In this document: positions 17,626 to 28,061 of the stretch, piece by piece
Position numbering within the stretch: position 1 is the stretch's first letter
How the letters are laid out: the number at the start of each line of letters is the position of its first letter
Assembly: GCA_021158265.1 (NCBI GenBank)
Contig: JAGGUY010000037.1
Span: 1 to 38,234 of the forward strand
DNA length: 38,234 nt
Source: Thermoprotei archaeon
GTDB lineage: Archaea; Thermoproteota; Thermoprotei_A; EX4484-217-1
Direction: 5' to 3'
Position numbers and translations under genes: made by a program
The notes under the pieces: generated by a model
Databases searched by the model: none
What the model was told of the DNA's origin: nothing
The model's input: only the letters and a program-made list of their open reading frames with translations

Positions 17626-19053
17626 GTGAAGTTAAAGGTAACTAATACGTTAACTGGTAAGAAGGAGTATTTTGAACCATTAATTCCAGGTTTTGTAAGA
17701 ATGTATGTCTGTGGACCGACACCATATGATCATACTCATATAGGGCATGCTAGAACATACATAGTATTTGACCTTGTAAGGAGATATCTGGAATATTTGG
17801 GGTATACTGTGTTTCATGTTATGAACATTACAGACATTGACGATAAAATTATCAGAAGGGCTAAGGAGCTAGGTGTTGATTGGAGGGATGTTCCCGAAAA
17901 ATACACTAGAGAATTCATTGATGTTCTTGTGAAGCTTAATATTAAAATGCCTCACGTGATGCCTAAGGTTACTGAACATATAGATGACATTATAGAGTTT
18001 ATTCAGGATTTAATACGTAAGGGTTATGCTTACGAAAGTCATGGGAGCGTGTATTTTGAGGTAGATAAGTTTCCGGAGTATGGTAAGCTTTCTAAAAGAA
18101 GAGTTAGTGAGGAATGGAGGCAGGAGGAGGAGTTTCTTAGGGAGAAAAAGAAACCTTACGATTTCGCATTATGGAAGAAAGCTAAACCAGGTGAACCTTG
18201 GTGGAATAGTCCTTGGGGTCCTGGAAGACCCGGATGGCATATTGAATGCTCCGTTATGAGCAGTAAGTACTTAGGACCTCAATTCGATATCCATGGTGGA
18301 GGTCAAGACCTAATATTTCCGCATCATGAAAACGAAATTGCCCAGAGTGAAGCAAGATTCGGAATTACACCTTGGGTTAAGTACTGGCTTCACGTAGGGT
18401 ATTTGACGATTAAAGGCGAAAAAATGAGTAAAAGCTTAGGAAACATTATTCCCGTATATGAGGTGCTGGAAAAGTATAAACCTGAAGTTCTTAGACTATA
18501 CCTTCTAAGCTCATACTATAGAAGTCCCATGGACTTCACATGGGAGGGTTTAGAACATACAAAAACGTTGTTTAATAGGTTAGTAAAAGTTGTTGATGGT
18601 TCTAAGAAAATACTGTTAGATGAGAAACCGCCGCATAAGTTAAGCTCCACCATTAGGGCTCATGTGAATAAAATTGTTAAACTTAAAAGGATGTTCTTTG
18701 AAAGTTTAAGTGACGATTTTAACATGGCGAAGGCTATGCCGTACCTTCATGAGCTAATAAGTTTCAGTATGAAGAAACTAGATAGTGAGCCCTCATACGC
18801 TTTAGCACTTACAATATATTCCGCACTTAAGGAGTTAAACGAAGTTCTCGGGGTTTTAGACAAATACTTCTATGGGGCAAAAGAAGTTGAAGAGAAATTA
18901 AGAAGAATTGTTGAGGCAGTAGTCTCTGTAAGGCATGAGTTTAGAATGAAGAAGCAATACGATGTTTCAGACAAGATCAGGGATGCACTAGCTAAAGTAG
19001 GCGTTAAGCTCTATGATTTTAAAGATAGAACAACATGGGTTATAGAGTACTAG
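17626..19053 (+). CDS. cysS: Cysteine--tRNA ligase
   Basis: YVCGPT, HIGH, DFALWK, GRPGWHIECS, FPHHENE and KMSKS motifs; GTG start at 17626 (or 17617). Confidence 0.97.
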   Translation: MKLKVTNTLTGKKEYFEPLIPGFVRMYVCGPTPYDHTHIGHARTYIVFDLVRRYLEYLGYTVFHVMNITDIDDKIIRRAKELGVDWRDVPEKYTREFIDVLVKLNIKMPHVMPKVTEHIDDIIEFIQDLIRKGYAYESHGSVYFEVDKFPEYGKLSKRRVSEEWRQEEEFLREKKKPYDFALWKKAKPGEPWWNSPWGPGRPGWHIECSVMSSKYLGPQFDIHGGGQDLIFPHHENEIAQSEARFGITPWVKYWLHVGYLTIKGEKMSKSLGNIIPVYEVLEKYKPEVLRLYLLSSYYRSPMDFTWEGLEHTKTLFNRLVKVVDGSKKILLDEKPPHKLSSTIRAHVNKIVKLKRMFFESLSDDFNMAKAMPYLHELISFSMKKLDSEPSYALALTIYSALKELNEVLGVLDKYFYGAKEVEEKLRRIVEAVVSVRHEFRMKKQYDVSDKIRDALAKVGVKLYDFKDRTTWVIEY

Positions 19054-19092
19054 AAACTAAACCTTAATATTCTGAATAAAACCTAGCAGTCC

Positions 19093-20055
19093 ATGAGGAT
19101 TACGGATATGATTGTTTTTCTAAGTGGAGGTACGGGTACGCCAAAGCTTATCGAAGGATTTCGCCACATAGTAAGTGATGAGGAAATAACGGTAATAGTC
19201 AACACATCCGACGACATATACTGGAACGGTCTCTATATATCACCGGATCTAGATACCATAGTTTATCTTTTCGCAGGCTTTTTAGATACTGAGAAATATT
19301 GGGGGATAAAAAACGACACTTTCAACTTTCTCGAGCAAGCGAAAATTTATGGTTTAGAGAAAACATGGTTTAACATTGGCGATAGAGATCTTGCGATGCA
19401 CGTTTTAAGAACATACCTTATGAATAAAGGTTTAACGTTAACCGAAGTTACTAAGTACATTAGTAGAAGACTAGGGATTAAGGCCCGTATTTACCCTATG
19501 TGTAATGAACATGTAGAAGCATTTGTAGAGTTACTTGATGGGAAAGTGCTGAATATTCAAGAATACCTGGTTAAACATAGGTTCGAACCCGAGGTTAAGA
19601 GAGTTTTCTTTAGAGGACTTGAGAGAGCTAAGGCTGAAGAAGAAGCTCTAAAAGCTATTCTGAGCTCTGAATTAATAATCATAGGTCCGAGCAATCCTAT
19701 TAACAGCATAGGACCCATACTTAAAGTTAAGGGTGTTAAGGAGGCTCTAAAGGAAGCAAAAGCACCTATAGTTGCTGTATCACCAATTATCTCAAATAAG
19801 CCTGTTTCTGGTCCCGCAGATAAATTCATGAAAGCTTATGGGCTCGACCCTTCACCCTTAGGGATAGCGGAGTTTTATAAGGGAATAATTGATGGATTAG
19901 TAATAGATGTCGCTGATGAAGCGTTAAGGTTAGTTATTGAGAAGAAATTTAAAATAAGAGTTCATGTGGCAAAAACAATTATGGAGTCCTTAAATGATAA
20001 GGTAGCGCTTGCCAGAGAAATCATGGAGTTTGCAAGGACATTAGGAGAAGAATGA
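19093..20055 (+). CDS. cofD: 2-phospho-L-lactate transferase
   Basis: LSGGTGTPKL, ISPDLDT, IGDRDLA.H, IGPSNP..SI.PI and SGPA motifs. Confidence 0.95.
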   Translation: MRITDMIVFLSGGTGTPKLIEGFRHIVSDEEITVIVNTSDDIYWNGLYISPDLDTIVYLFAGFLDTEKYWGIKNDTFNFLEQAKIYGLEKTWFNIGDRDLAMHVLRTYLMNKGLTLTEVTKYISRRLGIKARIYPMCNEHVEAFVELLDGKVLNIQEYLVKHRFEPEVKRVFFRGLERAKAEEEALKAILSSELIIIGPSNPINSIGPILKVKGVKEALKEAKAPIVAVSPIISNKPVSGPADKFMKAYGLDPSPLGIAEFYKGIIDGLVIDVADEALRLVIEKKFKIRVHVAKTIMESLNDKVALAREIMEFARTLGEE

Positions 20056-20699
20056 AAATGAGAATTGCTGCGATAATTCCTGTTAAGAATCCTTCAACAG
20101 CTAAATTAAGACTTTCAAAGGTTCTTACGCAGGATTTAAGAGAGAAACTTACTCTCGAAATGCTTAAGGACATTATTGTTTCTATTACCTCATGTAAGCT
20201 CATAAATTACATAGTTATTGTTACCCCCGGAGAAAAAGCGAGTATTGTGAAAGAATATGGTAAGAACATTTTCCTAATAAGGGATGAGGGTAAAGGCCAA
20301 ATAAATGCTGTAATGAAGGGAATAGACTTTGCACAGAAAACTCTTCAAGCAAACATAGTTGTTATTCTAGTTGCTGATGCACCATTAATAGGTCCATGGG
20401 ATCTTTATGAAATAGTTAGGAAAGGATATGTTTGGAATAGTGTTGTTCTAGCTCCTTCTGATGATGGAGGAACGAATGTAATTCTTCAGAACCCACCTAA
20501 AAACATACCTTTAAGATATGGTAGAAGTAGCTTTAAAAAACACTTAAGTGAGTGTGAAAAAAGAAAGCTTAAATGCCTAGTTTATTCATCAGAAAGTATA
20601 TCACTTGATATTGATGCACCTAGCGATTTAGAGAGACTTAAACAATCAGGTAAAGGAACATACACATATTCGTTCATAAGAGAGGTGTTTAAGAATTAA
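20052..20699 (+). CDS. cofC: 2-phospho-L-lactate guanylyltransferase
   Basis: IPVK....AK.RLS, ML.D, AD.PL, DGGTN, YG..SF..H and DID.P.DL motifs; ATGA overlap with cofD. Confidence 0.92.
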   Translation: MKMRIAAIIPVKNPSTAKLRLSKVLTQDLREKLTLEMLKDIIVSITSCKLINYIVIVTPGEKASIVKEYGKNIFLIRDEGKGQINAVMKGIDFAQKTLQANIVVILVADAPLIGPWDLYEIVRKGYVWNSVVLAPSDDGGTNVILQNPPKNIPLRYGRSSFKKHLSECEKRKLKCLVYSSESISLDIDAPSDLERLKQSGKGTYTYSFIREVFKN

Positions 20700-21747
20700 T
20701 TTAGAAAACGAGTTCTTTATTGAAGGAGATTTTATCGAAGACATATACGGCATAATATTCGATGTTAAAGGGTATGAGCATCCACCAGAAAGAGTTGTAG
20801 CTTATCCTAGATATGTTCCTTCACCCTCTGGAAATAGATGTAGAAACGGGGAGTGCTATGAGAAAATATATGATCTAAACATTAGGTATGACTTCTTAAA
20901 GAGTAGGCTTAAGGAATACCTTGTCTATGACGATGTTTTTGACACGTATGTAAGTGAAGTCCCCTTGAAAAACATCGTTAAACACTATATTCCATCAAAA
21001 TACTTAAGGAATCTATTGAAACATAGAGATTCCCTTAAAGGTTTAAAGAGAAAAGCCCTAGACTTTGCCCTAACTATAGCTAACGAATCAAATGTGGATA
21101 CCAGAAATCTAGGTATAAGTGGTTCGTTGCTTGTAAATCTACATAGGGAGAATAGTGATATTGACTTAATAGTTTATGGTACCGACGAATCTAAAAAGGT
21201 GGCTGACGCTCTCACCAAGCTTTTTTCTAAAGGTGTTCTAAGAAAACACACTATTGAAGAATATAGGAGATTATTTGAGTTTAGGAAAGCATATAAAGTT
21301 ATGGATTTCGAAACCTTCGTCAAACATGAAAGAAGAAAGATTTTCCAAGGATTCTTTGCGGATAGAGAGTTCTTCATAAGATTCGTTGAGAAACCTCAGG
21401 AAACCCATAGGTATGGTGAATTTAAGTATAAAAACATGGGAGAAGTTACTATTAAGGCTAAGGTCGTAGATGATTCAGAGTCTATATTTACACCAGTTAG
21501 CTATAAAATCGAGGTGATTAAAGTTATAGATTCAAGTAAGCTTAAAGGTAAGAATATGGATTTTAATAAAATACGTGAAGTGGTTTCGTTTAGAGGAAGA
21601 TTTTGCCAGCAAGTTTTCTCAGGGGAAATAGCTATAGTTAGAGGTAAGTTGGAGTGCGTGTTTCATCATGGTGAATTTAGTCATTATAGAATAATTGTTG
21701 GAGGTTCATATAATGACTTTATCATATCGGAAAGTCTTCTTAGATAG
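20695..21747 (+). CDS. Pol-beta-superfamily nucleotidyltransferase (COG1665-like), copy 1; probable ATT start
   Basis: Frame open from 20680; upstream of the track start it encodes EGDFIED..GIIFDVKGYEHPPERVVAYPRYVP, homologous to copy 2; GISGS...SDIDL catalytic motif; GAGGTG 7 nt before ATT 20695. Confidence 0.8.
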   Translation: MNLENEFFIEGDFIEDIYGIIFDVKGYEHPPERVVAYPRYVPSPSGNRCRNGECYEKIYDLNIRYDFLKSRLKEYLVYDDVFDTYVSEVPLKNIVKHYIPSKYLRNLLKHRDSLKGLKRKALDFALTIANESNVDTRNLGISGSLLVNLHRENSDIDLIVYGTDESKKVADALTKLFSKGVLRKHTIEEYRRLFEFRKAYKVMDFETFVKHERRKIFQGFFADREFFIRFVEKPQETHRYGEFKYKNMGEVTIKAKVVDDSESIFTPVSYKIEVIKVIDSSKLKGKNMDFNKIREVVSFRGRFCQQVFSGEIAIVRGKLECVFHHGEFSHYRIIVGGSYNDFIISESLLR

Positions 21748-22792
21748 GGACTTCGTCGAAGATAAGAACGGTTATCTTTACTGTGTTGTAGGGTATGTGC
21801 ATCCACCTGATAGAGTACTAGCGTATTTGAAATATGTACCTACACGAAGTCTAGACACTATATGGTTTAAAGGTAGAGTAGGTTACAATAGAGTACTTAA
21901 GTACTATAGTAGCGTTGCTGTGACGGAATCATTTAAAATATTAAAGAAGGTTAAGCCTCATTACATATATTACGATAACGTATTTAACATAACATTCATA
22001 GGTGTTCCAATTAGCGAAATAAGGAAACACTATATTCCTGAAGAAAGACTCAAGGAAATTATTGAGAGTGGAGGGAAGGACGAGCTAGAACAAGACCTTA
22101 TAGAGCTTGTAAAATATCTTTCCGAGACAACAAATGTTAAAATTCAGTCCTTCGGAATTTCAGGATCTATCCTCACAAGTATTCATCATCCTAAGTATTC
22201 GGATATTGATTTAACAGTTTATGGTATTGCGAACTCATGGACTCTCATCAAAGTATTAAGAGAAGCTGATGGAAAAGATAAGATAAAATTACCGGAAGAT
22301 AACGTTATTAGAGAATGGGCCCTAGAGGTCTCTAAACATCATCCACTAACTCCAAAGGAAGCTTACTTAATGTATGTTGAAAAGAAAATGAGACTAGTTT
22401 TCAAAGAATCCAGGGTTTTCTCAATTCATCCAATACTTCTACCTGAGGAGGTAAACGAAAAATACGGTGATAAGATATACGTACCCAAAGATCTCATAAA
22501 AATAAAGGGGAAGGTAATAGATAATAGGTTATCGATTTTCCTACCTGGGAAGTACATTGTTGATGATGTAAGTGTTCTTAAGGGTAAGAGAGAATATTCT
22601 GAAATAGAGGAAGTTGTGACTTTTGAGGGTCTATACTCAGGAATATTGGATGTAGATGAGGAATTTATTGCGTATGGCAAAGTTGAAGAGGTTCATGATA
22701 GAATTAAAGGAAGGAAATATTTGAGACTAGTCATAGGTTCTGCTGAAGCAAAAGGTAAAGACTACATTAAACCATTAAGGTGGCTTAGGTGA
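21713..22792 (+). CDS. Pol-beta-superfamily nucleotidyltransferase (COG1665-like), copy 2
   Basis: DRDFVED..GY.HPPDRVLAYLKYVP and GISGSIL...SDIDLTVYG motifs; beta-rich C-terminus; GGAGG before ATG 21713. Confidence 0.85.
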   Translation: MTLSYRKVFLDRDFVEDKNGYLYCVVGYVHPPDRVLAYLKYVPTRSLDTIWFKGRVGYNRVLKYYSSVAVTESFKILKKVKPHYIYYDNVFNITFIGVPISEIRKHYIPEERLKEIIESGGKDELEQDLIELVKYLSETTNVKIQSFGISGSILTSIHHPKYSDIDLTVYGIANSWTLIKVLREADGKDKIKLPEDNVIREWALEVSKHHPLTPKEAYLMYVEKKMRLVFKESRVFSIHPILLPEEVNEKYGDKIYVPKDLIKIKGKVIDNRLSIFLPGKYIVDDVSVLKGKREYSEIEEVVTFEGLYSGILDVDEEFIAYGKVEEVHDRIKGRKYLRLVIGSAEAKGKDYIKPLRWLR

Positions 22793-22801
22793 TAGGAGGT
22801 T

Positions 22802-23569
22802 ATGGCTAAAGAAATAGTGCTTATAGGGCTGGAGACATTACCGGAAATAAGGGAAGGTGATGATATAGGTAAGTTAATTGTTGAGGCATGCGCTAGAGAG
22901 GGAGTCAAGATAAGTGATGGCGATATAATCGTGGTTACACATAAAATTGTTTCAAAAGCTGAAGGTAGAATAGTCAGCCTTAAGGATATTGTTCCCTCGG
23001 AGAAAGCACGTGAAATCGCAGCAATTGTGGGAAAAGACCCAAGATTTGTTGAACTAGTACTCAGAGAGTCGAAACGTATTATTAAGGCTACAAGAGAGGG
23101 CCACTTAATTGTTGAAACACATCATGGAATAGTCTGTGCTAATGCTGGAATAGATGCTACAAACATCGCTGGTACAGAGGAAATAGTGGCTTTACTCCCT
23201 AAGGATCCTGACATGTCAGCTAAGAAAATAAGAAATAGGATAAAGGAGCTTACGGGAAAGAACGTTGCAGTCATAATAACAGATACCTATGGTAGACCGC
23301 TAAGAAATGGTATGATAAACATGGCAATAGGGCTTTCAGGCATTAACCCTTTCAGAGACTATAGAGGAAAAGACGATACCTTTGGGTATAAATTTAAAGT
23401 AACGGTCATTGCTGTAGCTGACGAAATAGCATGTGCTGCAGAACTTCTTACAGGTCAAGGCAAGGAGAGAATTCCTGTTGTTATAATTAAAGGGTATAGA
23501 TACGAAAGAAACGAGAAAGCATCTGCTAAAGAATTAAATATGCCGGAGGAAAAATGGCTTTTCAAATAG
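22802..23569 (+). CDS. cofE: Coenzyme F420-0:L-glutamate ligase
   Basis: LPEI..GDD, HKIVSKAEG, CANAGID.TN, LLP.DPD.SA, TDTYGRP.R.G and ADE.A.AA motifs. Confidence 0.96.
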   Translation: MAKEIVLIGLETLPEIREGDDIGKLIVEACAREGVKISDGDIIVVTHKIVSKAEGRIVSLKDIVPSEKAREIAAIVGKDPRFVELVLRESKRIIKATREGHLIVETHHGIVCANAGIDATNIAGTEEIVALLPKDPDMSAKKIRNRIKELTGKNVAVIITDTYGRPLRNGMINMAIGLSGINPFRDYRGKDDTFGYKFKVTVIAVADEIACAAELLTGQGKERIPVVIIKGYRYERNEKASAKELNMPEEKWLFK

Positions 23570-24791
23570 GTACTATTCCCTTCTCCTCTAGAAGTTCGTC
23601 AACGAATTCTCTTAATTTTCTAATACCCTCAATTATTCTTTCCTTCTTTATTGTAAATGCGAATCTAACGTATTTAAACCATCTACTATTTGATGAAAAA
23701 GCTGATCCTGGCAGTATCACTACTCCCTTCGTGTAGAGCAATTTTAACACGAATTCTTCAGTACTTATTCCAGCTTCATTAACTATTCTTTCAAAACTTG
23801 GAAACATGTAAAATGTCCCCTTAGGTACAATAACTTTTACGCCTGGAACCTTTCTCAATTCTCTAACCAGAATGTCTCTTCTTTCTCTAAACTCATTAAT
23901 CATCTTATTAACTTCGTCTTTGGGTCCTCTTAAAGCTTCAACGGTAGCTTTCTGCGCTATACTTGTAGGATTAGAGGTTGTATTTACTGCGAAATCCTTA
24001 AGCTTCTCTATAACCTTCCTATGAGCTATAAGCCACCCTATTCTCCAACCGGTCATACTGAACGTTTTACTTGCACCATTGACATAAAGTACAAAGTCTC
24101 TCCATTCAGTATCCTGCAATGCGCTCTTAAACTTACCTTCATATATGAAGTGATCATAGATTTCATCAGCTAAAACTATAATTCTTTTCCTCTTAGCTAA
24201 CTCAAGTATTCCCTCAAGTTCTTTCTCTTCGATAAGCCCCCCGGTTGGATTATGAGGGTTATTTATAATGATCATTTTAGTATTTGGTGTAACGTATTTT
24301 TCAAGTTCTTCTGCCGATAGAGAATATCCCTTTTCAGGGTCTAGGGGGACATGTACTGGTTTACCACCAGCAAATTTGACGAGTTCCTCGTAAACAGGGT
24401 ATGCGGGATCCGGTATTATTACTTCATCCCCTCCTTTAATATATGCTAAAATAGAGAATGCTATTGCTCCTTTCGCACCTACAGTTACACCTACTTCTTC
24501 ATGTTTCACGTCTGTTCCATATCTCTCATTTGTGTAATCGGCTATCGCTTCTCTGAGCTCATCTATTCCTATAGCTGCGGTATAGCCTGTAAATCCCTCG
24601 TCAAGAGCTTTCTTAGCTGCCTCTTTGATGTTCTCTGGTGTGTCGAAATCCGGTTGTCCTATGCCAAAGGAAATAACATCTTTGCCTTCTTTTTCAACTA
24701 TTTTTGCTAGCACCAGGTAGTCGAATGCTGCTTCAGGTTTCATTTCCAATATTTTTCTTCTAAGGTTAAGTACTGGTGGTTTAGTAGGCAT
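23562..24791 (-). CDS. Class I/II PLP aminotransferase (aspartate aminotransferase-like)
   Basis: GQPDFDTP, NNPHNPTG, DEIY and SKTFSMTGWRIG motifs; ATG 24791 follows AGGTG. Confidence 0.93.
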   Translation of the reverse strand: MPTKPPVLNLRRKILEMKPEAAFDYLVLAKIVEKEGKDVISFGIGQPDFDTPENIKEAAKKALDEGFTGYTAAIGIDELREAIADYTNERYGTDVKHEEVGVTVGAKGAIAFSILAYIKGGDEVIIPDPAYPVYEELVKFAGGKPVHVPLDPEKGYSLSAEELEKYVTPNTKMIIINNPHNPTGGLIEEKELEGILELAKRKRIIVLADEIYDHFIYEGKFKSALQDTEWRDFVLYVNGASKTFSMTGWRIGWLIAHRKVIEKLKDFAVNTTSNPTSIAQKATVEALRGPKDEVNKMINEFRERRDILVRELRKVPGVKVIVPKGTFYMFPSFERIVNEAGISTEEFVLKLLYTKGVVILPGSAFSSNSRWFKYVRFAFTIKKERIIEGIRKLREFVDELLEEKGIVPI

Positions 24792-24923
24792 AATATGGAG
24801 CACCTAGAAGTGTGGGGTTATGTAGAATATTAAAGCTTGTTCTTTGTAAACTACAGAAATATATAGGTGCTACGAATAAACTACATAAGGGTATTGAATT
24901 TCGAAGTAATAGGTGGAAATACT

Positions 24924-25970
24924 TTGTCGGCACGCAAGAAAAGAGAATTTGGTGAAATACGGAAAATTCAGGTAACTGGTGGTTCAACATATATTGTTTC
25001 GCTTCCAAAACACTGGGTAATAAATGCTGGTCTTAAACCTGGAGACTCAGTTGTTGTCTACGCGCAAAACGATAATACATTACTATTGATGCCTCTTAAA
25101 GAAGCCTCGAGAAAGAAGGATGTTGTTTTAACCATTAAGAGCAAAGACTGGTCAATAGGTAGAGCAATTAGAATGCTTGTAGCAGCGTATGTTTCGGGAG
25201 GAGACATAATAAAGCTTGTTGTTAAAGACGGTGTCGCACCAATAGAGGACAAGAAGGTTCTAAGAGATTTCATTAGGAGATATCTTGTTGGCGCTGAAGT
25301 GGTAGAGGATCTACCAGAGGGCCTCGTTATACAAGTCATAGTTAATGTTGAAGAACTTAAAGTAATCCATATTCTGCAGAGAATGCATAAGCTAGTGTGG
25401 AGCATGCTTAAGGACACAATAACGGCATTCATGAACTTAGATAAGGACTTAGCAAGAGACGTCATAATAAGAGATGACGAAATAGATAGGTTCTACTTCC
25501 TATTCATAAGGCAGCTAAACCTTTCACTACAAGATAGAAGAGTAATGCTTGATGTAGGATTGGAGCAATCAGCTGACGCTATAAATCTATCAATGATAGC
25601 TAGGAATATTGAGAAAATAGCTGACCATGCAGCATACATCGCTGATAAAACAATCAAGCTAGCTAAGAAACCCTATGAGCCATTAAAATCTAAAATAGAG
25701 CAATTATCAAGAGCAATAATAGAGATTTTCAATGAAGCAATGAATGCCTTTTATAGTATGAACGATAGCATGGCGTTAAGTGCCATAGAAAGGGCAGCAA
25801 AAACAATTAAACTTGAAGAAGACTTAGAAAATGTAATGTTAAGCTTAGATGTTTGCGATAGAGATACACCAACACTAAGAATGATTGTTGAATGTTTAAA
25901 GAGTATGCTAAGTGAAACTGCAGATATCGCGGAGCATACGATGGACATGATAGCTGTTAGGAAAAGCTAA
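24924..25970 (+). CDS. Archaeal phosphate uptake regulator (AbrB + PhoU domains)
   Basis: RKIQVTGGSTYIVSLPK.W AbrB domain; RDDEIDRFY and EKIADHA PhoU repeats; TTG start after AGGTGG. Confidence 0.9.
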   Translation: MSARKKREFGEIRKIQVTGGSTYIVSLPKHWVINAGLKPGDSVVVYAQNDNTLLLMPLKEASRKKDVVLTIKSKDWSIGRAIRMLVAAYVSGGDIIKLVVKDGVAPIEDKKVLRDFIRRYLVGAEVVEDLPEGLVIQVIVNVEELKVIHILQRMHKLVWSMLKDTITAFMNLDKDLARDVIIRDDEIDRFYFLFIRQLNLSLQDRRVMLDVGLEQSADAINLSMIARNIEKIADHAAYIADKTIKLAKKPYEPLKSKIEQLSRAIIEIFNEAMNAFYSMNDSMALSAIERAAKTIKLEEDLENVMLSLDVCDRDTPTLRMIVECLKSMLSETADIAEHTMDMIAVRKS

Positions 25971-26043
25971 AAACAAAAATTTAAAATTTATTTTGATTTA
26001 ATTAAGGAAACTTAGCAGTAAAAATAGCTAAAGAGCAGAATTT

Positions 26044-26556
26044 CTACTTAAGCTTATAACCAATCTTCCTCAGAAACTCTCTTCTCTCCTTAATTTTCTC
26101 TTCATCCTCTATACCAACAGGTTTAAACCCATCAACTACTCCTAAAAGCCCTCTACCTTGATCAGTTTCGATAACTACTGCTTGAATAGGATTAGCTGTA
26201 GCCGCAAAAATCCTTGTAACCTCCGGAACATTCTTTATAGCGTTTAAGACGTTTATTGGCCAACCCCCTCTAAGGTAAATTACGAAAACATGGCCAGCCC
26301 CTATTTTCAAGCATGTTTCAGCCGCAAGTTTCCTTAATTCCTCATCATTTCCTTCATGTCTGACAAGCCTATCGCCGCTTGCTTCACAAAATCCAAGCCC
26401 AAACTTTATTGAGGGACAACTATTAACTATTGTCTCGTAAATGTCCTCTGTCGTCTTTATGAAATGGCTTTGACCTATGATAACGTTTGTCCCTTCAGGA
26501 ATAGGTATTTGAATTATTTCTATTTTAAATTTCTCGGACAAAATACGAGCACCCAA
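26044..26556 (-). CDS. Adenosine-specific kinase family (DUF355) protein
   Basis: [32 protein letters not shown] and GRG..GVVDG motifs. Confidence 0.9.
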   Translation of the reverse strand: MGARILSEKFKIEIIQIPIPEGTNVIIGQSHFIKTTEDIYETIVNSCPSIKFGLGFCEASGDRLVRHEGNDEELRKLAAETCLKIGAGHVFVIYLRGGWPINVLNAIKNVPEVTRIFAATANPIQAVVIETDQGRGLLGVVDGFKPVGIEDEEKIKERREFLRKIGYKLK

Positions 26557-26643
26557 GGTTATTTTAGTTGTAGAAAATTCATAAATATAACTTATCTGTT
26601 AAGAATAATAATGCTTAACTAGAAACGTGATAGTGATTTTAAA

Positions 26644-28017
26644 ATGCAAGCATGTATTGAAATATATGAGGCATTAGCGAATTCAGACCAGTTACAACTA
26701 TTAATTAAGATTATCCTTAGCTTCTTCGTTGGAGCATTAATAGGCTTAGAGAGGGAGAAAGCTAGAAGTTCCCTGCTTAAGGAGGAAGGTGAAGCCGGCA
26801 TTCCTCCAGGAGTTCGGAGTTTCGGTTTCATAAGCATGCTTGGAAGTTTTGTTATAACGATTCCACCGATGGTTAGTGTATTGGGATATGAAGAATTCAA
26901 GATAGTCTCTATTTTACTAGCGTTTTTCGCCGTAACGTTAATACTCCTCTACGAAATATACAGACTATTCGTAATCAAGGATAGTGGTGTTACAACCCCT
27001 ATAGCTTTAATGCTTAGTTTTACACTGGGCTTGCTAATAGGTTTAGGTAGATTTATCGAGGCTATTGCAGCTTCAGTATTCATAACCTTCATGTTAGCTA
27101 TAAAGCTTAGGATAGAAGCCCTAATAAAGTTCATAACCTATGAAGAATTTCTATCAGCACTTGAAATAGGAATAATAGTCTTCCTTTTTGGACCATTTTT
27201 CGTAAAAGACGTTTACGACCCAATATTTCATGTGATAAACTTTAAAACGCTTTACGTGTTTTTCGTTGTAATTCTAATATTCTCGTATATGGGGTATTTC
27301 CTAGTGAAAATTAAAGGTCCGCAAGCTATTCAGTACTTCTCTTTCTTTGGCGGTCTCGTTAATAGTGAAGCAGCTGTTGTAAGTATTGTGCGACTCGTAA
27401 ATTCCATGAACCTTCATGAAAATATTGCTGTAGGAAACATTATAACGGCAACGACAGCAATGGTGTTTAGAAATATTGTGCTGACACTAATAATGGTTTT
27501 AATGACAATAGGTGCTGGAAGCGCAAGCATTCATGCATTTATGGTTTTTGTCGCCTCATATATGGCTTCAGCATTAGCTGGGTACTTTCTGATTAAACTC
27601 TCAATAGTTTCAGTAGCTATAGAACCCGGTAAATTTAAGGTGCTGACGCTCGAAAAACCTATAAGCTACTCTATTGCCCTTAAAGCTCTCCTTGTTTTCG
27701 TAGCTATGCTTATAGCAACAACATATATTACATTAAGCTTCGGCGAACTTGGGGTACTTTTCTCATCTATTTTCGGAGGACTTGTTAGCGCTGAAGCACT
27801 AATATTCACTGTGTTTTCTCTCGTATCTGTAGGTAAAATAACAATAAACACTGCTCTTGCATCCGCTCTTCTTGCTACGGGATCAGCAATACTTAACAAA
27901 CTACTTTTCGCCCATGCAGCCGGAGCTAAAAAAGTAATTCTTAAGAAAATAATCTGGCAGCTCCTAATCATAGCATTACCCGTAGAGTTAGCTGGGGCCT
28001 ACATAGCTGTAATGTAG
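26644..28017 (+). CDS. MgtC/SapB-family membrane protein with DUF4010
   Basis: GALIGLERE, GVRSF, GVTT and two GGLVN/SxxA motifs; multi-pass. Confidence 0.88.
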   Translation: MQACIEIYEALANSDQLQLLIKIILSFFVGALIGLEREKARSSLLKEEGEAGIPPGVRSFGFISMLGSFVITIPPMVSVLGYEEFKIVSILLAFFAVTLILLYEIYRLFVIKDSGVTTPIALMLSFTLGLLIGLGRFIEAIAASVFITFMLAIKLRIEALIKFITYEEFLSALEIGIIVFLFGPFFVKDVYDPIFHVINFKTLYVFFVVILIFSYMGYFLVKIKGPQAIQYFSFFGGLVNSEAAVVSIVRLVNSMNLHENIAVGNIITATTAMVFRNIVLTLIMVLMTIGAGSASIHAFMVFVASYMASALAGYFLIKLSIVSVAIEPGKFKVLTLEKPISYSIALKALLVFVAMLIATTYITLSFGELGVLFSSIFGGLVSAEALIFTVFSLVSVGKITINTALASALLATGSAILNKLLFAHAAGAKKVILKKIIWQLLIIALPVELAGAYIAVM

Positions 28018-28061
28018 TGGAGTAACCCTTAAATACTATGATGAGAAGGGTAGAGCAAGAA

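Noticed and set aside
25968-26043. AT-rich tract between convergent genes as an origin or repeat
   Set aside because: No ORB-like motif or cdc6 nearby; consistent with bidirectional T-rich terminators.
28038-28060. ATGATGA followed by GGTAGAGC, resembling a C box or tRNA fragment
   Set aside because: No C' or D box follows, the tRNA-like 8-mer is sense rather than antisense, and there is no cloverleaf.
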